A stretch of 20,000 bases of DNA, taken from an uncultured virus (IMG/VR IMGVR_UViG_2061766007_000689). Taxonomy: Duplodnaviria > Heunggongvirae > Uroviricota > Caudoviricetes. The notes beneath the pieces are model-generated. The model was given only the letters and a program-made list of their open reading frames with translations. It was not told the DNA's origin and searched no databases. The number at the start of each line of letters is the position of its first letter. Within the stretch, counting starts at the first letter, position 1. Made by a program: the position numbers and the translations under genes. This document shows, piece after piece, positions 1 through 5,744 of the stretch. The DNA lies in the IMG/VR virus record IMGVR_UViG_2061766007_000689; one strand, 5' to 3'.

Positions 1-320
1 TAGTAAAGAGATACGTCAAGTCCCTTAGCATTAAGCTCATCGAGACCTACTTCATCAATGTATGTGTTGTAGGCTGTCTCGACAACAAACTCGTACACAT
101 ACTTGGCGTCAACTAGCCGCTGTTGCATATATCCTACTGTGAAGGAGAAGGTATTAGCACTGAGTATGCATACAGTGTTACCATGTTCCCGGCATATACG
201 CTCGTATATGCCTATCTTTCTTGACGAAGGTCTGGTATAGAAGTCATATATAGCCTGTGTGTGACCTTCTCTGACACACTTGCACCATGTGTCAAACCAG
301 CTTTGCATTCTCTTATTCAT
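1..320 (-). CDS. Hypothetical phage protein, at least 106 aa, reaches the window edge (not in ORF track)
   Basis: Hand translation from ATG at 320: MNKRMQSWFDTWCKCVREGHTQAIYDFYTRPSSRKIGIYERICREHGNTVCILSANTFSFTVGY...LDVSLY, open to position 3; start overlaps the end of the 313..525 gene. Confidence 0.75.
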   Translation of the reverse strand, partial: MNKRMQSWFDTWCKCVREGHTQAIYDFYTRPSSRKIGIYERICREHGNTVCILSANTFSFTVGYMQQRLVDAKYVYEFVVETAYNTYIDEVGLDELNAKGLDVSLY

Positions 321-525
321 GTGATGTCCTCCTGTGGAATAAGTCAACTATCATAGCACGGGTACGCGTTATATCCTTAGCCGATTGCTCGGCACATTCA
401 GCATAGAATGTACGTACCACCTTACGGTGGCGTTTACATTTAGCATTGTAGTTCATCTCGGTTCTGACCTCAGCATCACCTACTAGGTCATCGAGCAGGT
501 GGTTGAGCAATTCATCATCTTCCAT
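313..525 (-). CDS. Hypothetical protein (70 aa)
   Basis: Overlaps both neighbours in a tight operon; AGGA upstream of ATG. Confidence 0.7.
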   Translation of the reverse strand: MEDDELLNHLLDDLVGDAEVRTEMNYNAKCKRHRKVVRTFYAECAEQSAKDITRTRAMIVDLFHRRTSHE

Positions 526-901
526 GTGTGCTATTCCTGTCCATCAGAACCAAGTGACCATCAACCAGTTCATACTCACGGTCTGTAAGTATCTGGTAAC
601 CTGTTGCCCAGTCATATAACTTGCCATCACGTCTGTAGACAGAGCACGGTGTGTGATATAACAAAGCATGTATACGTGATGCTGTAGTAGCTGACATGCA
701 GTCACATGTATCAGCAGCACGGCTTGAGAAGTAGAAGTACTCTTTCCCAGTACAGCTCTTATGATACAGCTCAGTACCCCATAATCTGTAGCTCTTAGTA
801 CCGTCAATGTAGATACTAACCCAGTCATGGTCAGACAGCCTGTGCTGACCTACTTTGCCCTTTTCAAGGCAGGCAAGTATGCGTTCTTCTATCTTACGCA
901 T
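515..901 (-). CDS. Hypothetical phage protein (128 aa)
   Basis: AGGGG upstream; MRKIE start and TTASRIHALL segment resemble, from recall only, a widespread phage hypothetical family (MRKIE...TTKSRLNAL). Confidence 0.75.
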   Translation of the reverse strand: MRKIEERILACLEKGKVGQHRLSDHDWVSIYIDGTKSYRLWGTELYHKSCTGKEYFYFSSRAADTCDCMSATTASRIHALLYHTPCSVYRRDGKLYDWATGYQILTDREYELVDGHLVLMDRNSTHGR

Positions 902-911
902 TTAGATACCC

Positions 912-1196
912 CTAGTCTATTGTTACCCATGACAGAGCATCTGGTTCTACCACATATTCCATGCCGTCATACTCTTCGATAAGATACTTGTTACCATGTA
1001 TCGTTTCAACAACAAGGCATGAATGCTCAGCACTAGCCTTCTCACCAAGTTGTTCCACTACATTGACAAGTATCGGGTCATGTCTGCACTGCTTATAGAG
1101 GTCATAGTCTACACCTGCCATCTGCTTGTAGAGGTCAAGTGCCTCATCAGACAAGCAGAAACCACCATAGCAATTGTTGATTACTACTTTATGCAT
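912..1196 (-). CDS. Conserved phage hypothetical protein (94 aa), KVVINxCYGGFxLS type
   Basis: Start moved to ATG at 1196 because AAGGAG lies 6 nt upstream; motifs KVVINNCYGGFCLS, RHDPILVNVVEQLG and IEEYDGMEYV match a common phage family (recalled). Confidence 0.85.
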   Translation of the reverse strand: MHKVVINNCYGGFCLSDEALDLYKQMAGVDYDLYKQCRHDPILVNVVEQLGEKASAEHSCLVVETIHGNKYLIEEYDGMEYVVEPDALSWVTID

Positions 1197-1282
1197 AGTA
1201 TACTCCTTATATGACGCCGTTGTAGCGTCCATATGTACCCACGTAGCTGGTACATGGGTACCCATGGACGGTCAAGCACTGA

Positions 1283-1456
1283 CTATGAATAGTCAAATAC
1301 TTGACATCTGTAATTCTTACCTAGTGCATGGCAAGAAGCAGTGTGGTTACGTATCAACCACTTCATATCAGCATCGCTAATGCTGACCTTCTTATGTGCT
1401 GTAGCTGCTGCTACCTTCTTCGGTTCCGTGATTACATTCAATTTTACTGCTGACAT
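1283..1456 (-). CDS. Small hypothetical protein (57 aa; not in ORF track)
   Basis: MSAVKLNVITEPKKVAAATAHKKVSISDADMKWLIRNHTASCHALGKNYRCQVFDYS; AAGGGGG upstream; overlaps the end of the upstream gene. Confidence 0.55.
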   Translation of the reverse strand: MSAVKLNVITEPKKVAAATAHKKVSISDADMKWLIRNHTASCHALGKNYRCQVFDYS

Positions 1457-1614
1457 GCCTTTGCCCCCTTGTGTGCATGCTTAGTTGTTTCTTTCCATGC
1501 AGGGTGTGTAGGTACCCTGCTAGCTTCATAGCGAGCAATAGCAGAATCATTCTGCATGGCGATTCGTAACGCCATACAAGCGCTATCGAGCTGGTAGCTG
1601 ATACTTCTTAGCAT
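1444..1614 (-). CDS. Small hypothetical protein (56 aa)
   Basis: Internal ATG of the track's 1444..1707 ORF (MLRSISYQLDS...), with AAAGGTGG upstream and overlapping the stop of 1608..1733. Confidence 0.5.
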   Translation of the reverse strand: MLRSISYQLDSACMALRIAMQNDSAIARYEASRVPTHPAWKETTKHAHKGAKACQQ

Positions 1615-1733
1615 GTTTTGCCACCTTTCAGTGCATTGTACATAGTCACTATGTAGCACAGTGACACCGACGTTAAAACGGGCTTGCCATTGTAGGCAAG
1701 TTCCCACTTGCCGTGCTGAAATGTTATAGACAT
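1608..1733 (-). CDS. Small hypothetical protein (41 aa; not in ORF track)
   Basis: AAAGGGAG RBS then MSITFQHGKWELAYNGKPVLTSVSLCYIVTMYNALKGGKTC-stop. Confidence 0.55.
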   Translation of the reverse strand: MSITFQHGKWELAYNGKPVLTSVSLCYIVTMYNALKGGKTC

Positions 1734-1768
1734 GTGATTCTCCCTTTATGGTTAGCTTGTAACCATAT

Positions 1769-1819
1769 AAAAAACCCTATACAGTGATAGCAGTAAAAAA
1801 GCAGTACTGTATAGGGTTT
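1769..1819 (-). terminator. Putative intrinsic terminator after the 156-aa gene
   Basis: Perfect 14-bp inverted repeat AAACCCTATACAGT (1772-1785) / ACTGTATAGGGTTT (1806-1819) running into a T tract on the minus strand; the 20-nt loop is unusually long. Confidence 0.6.
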
Positions 1820-1855
1820 CCCACATGGTGATAAGCTATGTAGCTATGTAGCTAT

Positions 1856-2326
1856 TTAAGCCTTAAGCTGTGCCTGCATCTCTGCCCACAAAGCTTGCAT
1901 TTCTTCAGGTGACAGCTTAGACAGAGCACTACGAGCACTAGCTACCTTCTTGTCTTCTGGTAAGAGTGACTTGACGAGTCCTACAAGCTTCGGGTCTTCA
2001 ATCTTGGCTTCAACAAGGTAGTCAAGTATACTCTGGACACCTTCTTTGAGTGCCTTGTCACGTCCTTCTTTGCTTGAAGCCAATGCCTGCTTTTCCAATT
2101 CAAGCTCACTGTCTGTATAGTTGTCATGTGACAACCTGTAGACGTAGCCGTCTATCTCGGCGCACGGTACTACAAATCCACCGTCAGCGTCGATGACACC
2201 TGTACCCTTGTAGCGTGCTACCTGTTTAAGGTCTACTTTTGGATAAGACATGAGGCGCTTGTTACCATTAAACTGTGCACCTACCTTCTTAACATCAGTT
2301 ACGACAACATTGAGATTCTTAGACAT
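1856..2326 (-). CDS. Hypothetical protein (156 aa), first gene of the leftward arm
   Basis: AGGGAG RBS; charged composition; C-terminal helical ALSKLSPEEMQAL segment. Confidence 0.85.
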   Translation of the reverse strand: MSKNLNVVVTDVKKVGAQFNGNKRLMSYPKVDLKQVARYKGTGVIDADGGFVVPCAEIDGYVYRLSHDNYTDSELELEKQALASSKEGRDKALKEGVQSILDYLVEAKIEDPKLVGLVKSLLPEDKKVASARSALSKLSPEEMQALWAEMQAQLKA

Positions 2327-2405
2327 AATAGTTCTCCCTATACCTACGACGTAGGTTTAATGTGATATAAGCTTCTCATACGAGTAGCTTTATATATGCA
2401 GACTG

Positions 2406-2434
2406 TTGACAATCTGCATATACAAGGCTATTAT
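2406..2434 (+). promoter_or_regulatory. sigma70-type promoter TTGACA-17-TATTAT
   Basis: TTGACA 2406-2411, 17-nt spacer, TATTAT 2429-2434; the -35 lies inside an imperfect 30-bp dyad (2393-2422). Confidence 0.7.
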
Positions 2435-2446
2435 ATTACTAGTCAT

Positions 2447-2509
2447 GTGTCATGCACTGCTAGTAAGGTGTCATGCACTGCTAGGCAGGTGTCATGCCGT
2501 GTTAGTAGT
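2447..2509. repeat. Three tandem 21-bp direct repeats
   Basis: gtgtcatgcactgctagtaag / gtgtcatgcactgctaggcag / gtgtcatgccgtgttagtagt. Confidence 0.9.
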
Positions 2510-3143
2510 GAAAATGTATTTCATATTCCCGCGCCTCCCGACACTTTCAAAAAGCTCCATAGCTCATCACTATCTAGCTCCATGCTTTCAGCGTATAGCT
2601 TCAAGCTCCATAACTAATCAGTAGTCAGTCACTAGCTCAATGCTTAGTAACTAGTGTTTAACTCAGCTATCCACATTATGTACGCAGTTTGATGTGTGTA
2701 ATACATTTCCAGAGGCAGAGACAATTTTTATTCCACATTTTCTAAAATACCCGGGGCAAGGTCCAGAAACGTGCTACCCTCAAAATTATTTTTGTACCAA
2801 AAATCACTAAAAACCCCACCAGAAACAGGCGCTCGCACTAGAAACTAGTATCAAGAACACCGGAAACTAGTCATTTTTGCACTCGTACCCGTAGAATGAC
2901 ACAACATCAATATCACATTTTTTTATCGTTTCATCATTTTTATCACTTCAGAACGAGAAAAATATTTTTCAAATCAAGTTAAAAATTACAAGCCTCAATT
3001 TAATTTGTCACATTTATCTGTAAAATACCACAGGACAGCATGTAACCGTACCATGAGACATGACCCAAATGGGCTGTTGGTGTTGCCTATTCCTGCTTTA
3101 TAAGGTGGCAGGTGTTGCTGCTGGTGTCCTGTATTTTGTGGCA

Positions 3144-3187
3144 TTGACATATTAATTAATTTCAGTGCATTATTCTATGTAAAGGAG
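3144..3187 (+). promoter_or_regulatory. Putative promoter and RBS of the packaging operon
   Basis: TTGACA 3144-3149, 18-nt spacer, CATTAT 3168-3173; AAAGGAG 3181-3187 before ATG 3194. Confidence 0.55.
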
Positions 3188-3193
3188 ATACAT

Positions 3194-3745
3194 ATGGACA
3201 ATTCGGTTGTATGTAAGTGGATAGCCACAGATGCGTTTAAGCTTGATGAGTTGACACCTTTTCAGGGTAACCTGAAGAAGAGAACGCAGGGCGATATAGA
3301 CAAGCTTAAGGAGTCACTTCTACGTGAGGGGCTTATCATGCCGTTTGCAGTATGGAAGCATGACGACAAGAACTATATCCTTGACGGGCATGGTAGGTAT
3401 GAGGCACTGAAACAGATTGAAGGCGACGGTGAGCATGTAGCATATCCTTGTGTCATTATTCAGGCAGATACTGAAGATGATGCACGCAAGGCTCTTCTGC
3501 AGATTACTAGTCAGTATGGCAAGATTACTAAGGCAGGTGTCAAGCAGTTTACTGCAAGTATACCTACATACGTTGCCCCTAGTATACAGAAGTTTGTCAC
3601 TACAGGTACGTCTAAGCTTAAGCCGGTGAAGCCTGTGTTGCATGCAGAGAGTGACAAGCGCATTATAAAGATACAGGTGGCTGCAGCTGACTACGATGCA
3701 GTAGTCGAGATATTGAGCAAGTCACCGTATGTGAAGATTGTATAG
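3194..3745 (+). CDS. ParB/sulfiredoxin N-terminal domain protein (183 aa)
   Basis: ParB-N signature LKESLLREGLIMPFAV...YILDGHGRYEAL; strong RBS; directly upstream of terminase. Confidence 0.85.
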   Translation: MDNSVVCKWIATDAFKLDELTPFQGNLKKRTQGDIDKLKESLLREGLIMPFAVWKHDDKNYILDGHGRYEALKQIEGDGEHVAYPCVIIQADTEDDARKALLQITSQYGKITKAGVKQFTASIPTYVAPSIQKFVTTGTSKLKPVKPVLHAESDKRIIKIQVAAADYDAVVEILSKSPYVKIV

Positions 3746-3754
3746 GAGTTTAGA

Positions 3755-5680
3755 ATGGCAGAGATTGATGTGCAGACGGAAGCAGCTGTAAATAATGATG
3801 CAGTGGGAGCACTGTCTTTTACTGAGCTTTCACGGAGGATGTTTGACGAGAATATCAAGCTTCCGTGGTATAAGCCTGAAGACAGGGCACCTGTAGATTG
3901 TGAGCTTGACAGCATATATGAGATAGCGTCGGCACATCAGATGCCTATGTTGGATTTCATTGCACGTGACCCTGAGTACGCTGTTATGTGTGTCGAGATG
4001 TCGTATGCAAAGTGGACAAACCTCCTTACGAGTGCGGCGGTTACAGGTCTTATCAGGACCGAAAAAGGTGAGCAGACCGTATCCAAGAACCAGACTAAGC
4101 TGATAGAGCTGCGCATGCGGCAGGCTAAGTCTGAGCTTACCATGGTTACTGACTATGCGATAAGCATGTGTGGTGATAAAATTAAAAAACGTGACCATCT
4201 TCTTAGAACGCTTTATATGAACGCAGTCATGCACAGGGATACTAAGGCGCTTATCTATCTTATAGACAGGTGTGACGGTAGACCGGGTGAAACTAGGATT
4301 GCGGAACTTTCCTATGATAATGCGTACAATATATACATGATTCTGCATACGCTGTTTGACAAGCAGCTGCAGGTCCTTAACTCAGGTAATGGTACTATTC
4401 TTATATGTTGTTCACGCCGTGCAGGCAAGACTCATATGCTTGTAGCTATGTGCGTGATTGAGTGCATGCGCCGTCCAAATACAAGCTGCATCTATATCGG
4501 TGAGACACAGGAGCTTACTGAGGGTCTTGTAGATGACGCCATGAACAAGATTGTTGATGCCTGTCACCTTATGGATAAGAAGGGCAACAGGTTCAACTGG
4601 CGGCACATGGACAATGGTTCAAAGATACTTGTACGTGGCTTGAGCAATACTAAGGACCCTGACCAGATTCGTGGTAAGGGTGCAAAGATTATTGTAATTG
4701 ATGAGTTCTTCCACTTGAAGAGTGAGCTTCTTTCTTATATACAGGACCAAGTTCTTGTTCCGATGCAGATGGACTATGCAGATGACTACAAGTTCGTATG
4801 TGCAGGTACACCGCCTAAAACCAAGGGTACATATGGCGAGTATGCATGGAGGGATTGGGACTGTCCTAAGTTCCATTGGACATGGCGTGAGAATCCGCAT
4901 CCGTCAAGCTTGGAGGCACGTGAGGCTCTTGTAGAGAAGGCTCTGCAGGAGAAGGGTCTTACTTGGGACATGCCTCAGGTACGCCGTGAGTATAACGGTG
5001 AATGGGCATATGATGACGAGCTTCAGCTCTATCCGAACTATAAGACGTTTGACACAGCTGACGGATTCCCTGAATGGGCTGTATCCCGTGTCCTTATCGG
5101 CATTGACTACGGTGTATCTGACAATGACTCTATTATCGCATCAGCATGGTCAGATGAAGAGGGCAGAGGTTACGAGTTGTTTGAGGCTAGGTTCAATAGG
5201 CTTGATGTTATTGACCTTAAGTTGACGCAGCTTGAGCTTATGAAGCGTAAGGTCAGGGAGTGTTGGATTCTTGCACTTGAGACACTTATGACAGGACCCA
5301 TCGATACATATGATGCGGAATCATTGAAGAATCTTAACAAGCGTATCCTGTGGGACGCTGACGATAATGACCAGCATGTTACTCAGGAACTTATGGGTGT
5401 AACACTTGCAGAGTATGGGGAGAAGTTTTCAAAGCTCAAGCTGCAGATTGCCAATGCACATAAGACTGACAAGAAGATTATGTGGGACAAGCTGGATGAG
5501 CTTATGCGTACAGGCAGGTACTTCTTTATTAAGAATGGTCTGGCTGAGCATGAATGTGTTAGCACGGTACTTAAGCGTGGACCTAATGGTGAGATTATTA
5601 ACGAGGTAGATGATGCGATATTCCATCCTGACCTACTGCCGCCGTTCAGGTACTCTATGTATAACGTACTCGGGTTATAG
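3755..5680 (+). CDS. terL: Terminase large subunit with ~200-aa N-terminal extension (641 aa)
   Basis: Q-motif LFDKQ, Walker A CSRRAGKT, Walker B IIVIDE, coupling motif AGTP, nuclease IGIDYG and C-terminal HPD; TAGGAG RBS. Confidence 0.92.
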   Translation: MAEIDVQTEAAVNNDAVGALSFTELSRRMFDENIKLPWYKPEDRAPVDCELDSIYEIASAHQMPMLDFIARDPEYAVMCVEMSYAKWTNLLTSAAVTGLIRTEKGEQTVSKNQTKLIELRMRQAKSELTMVTDYAISMCGDKIKKRDHLLRTLYMNAVMHRDTKALIYLIDRCDGRPGETRIAELSYDNAYNIYMILHTLFDKQLQVLNSGNGTILICCSRRAGKTHMLVAMCVIECMRRPNTSCIYIGETQELTEGLVDDAMNKIVDACHLMDKKGNRFNWRHMDNGSKILVRGLSNTKDPDQIRGKGAKIIVIDEFFHLKSELLSYIQDQVLVPMQMDYADDYKFVCAGTPPKTKGTYGEYAWRDWDCPKFHWTWRENPHPSSLEAREALVEKALQEKGLTWDMPQVRREYNGEWAYDDELQLYPNYKTFDTADGFPEWAVSRVLIGIDYGVSDNDSIIASAWSDEEGRGYELFEARFNRLDVIDLKLTQLELMKRKVRECWILALETLMTGPIDTYDAESLKNLNKRILWDADDNDQHVTQELMGVTLAEYGEKFSKLKLQIANAHKTDKKIMWDKLDELMRTGRYFFIKNGLAEHECVSTVLKRGPNGEIINEVDDAIFHPDLLPPFRYSMYNVLGL

Positions 5681-5744
5681 GAAATAATGTATATTTACAA
5701 GTACATGGTTTTGGTGTACTGATTTGATATAGGAGTTTGATTTT

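Noticed and set aside
1197..1265. N-terminal extension of the 912..1265 ORF
   Set aside because: The strong RBS and family-like N-terminus point to ATG 1196; the extension is the palindromic intergenic element
2447..2509. 21-bp repeats as a mini CRISPR array
   Set aside because: Repeats are directly adjacent with no unique spacers, and no cas genes are present
2396..2624. Two short plus-strand ORFs (73 and 72 aa) in the track
   Set aside because: No RBS, they start within the promoter/dyad, and they simply translate the repeats
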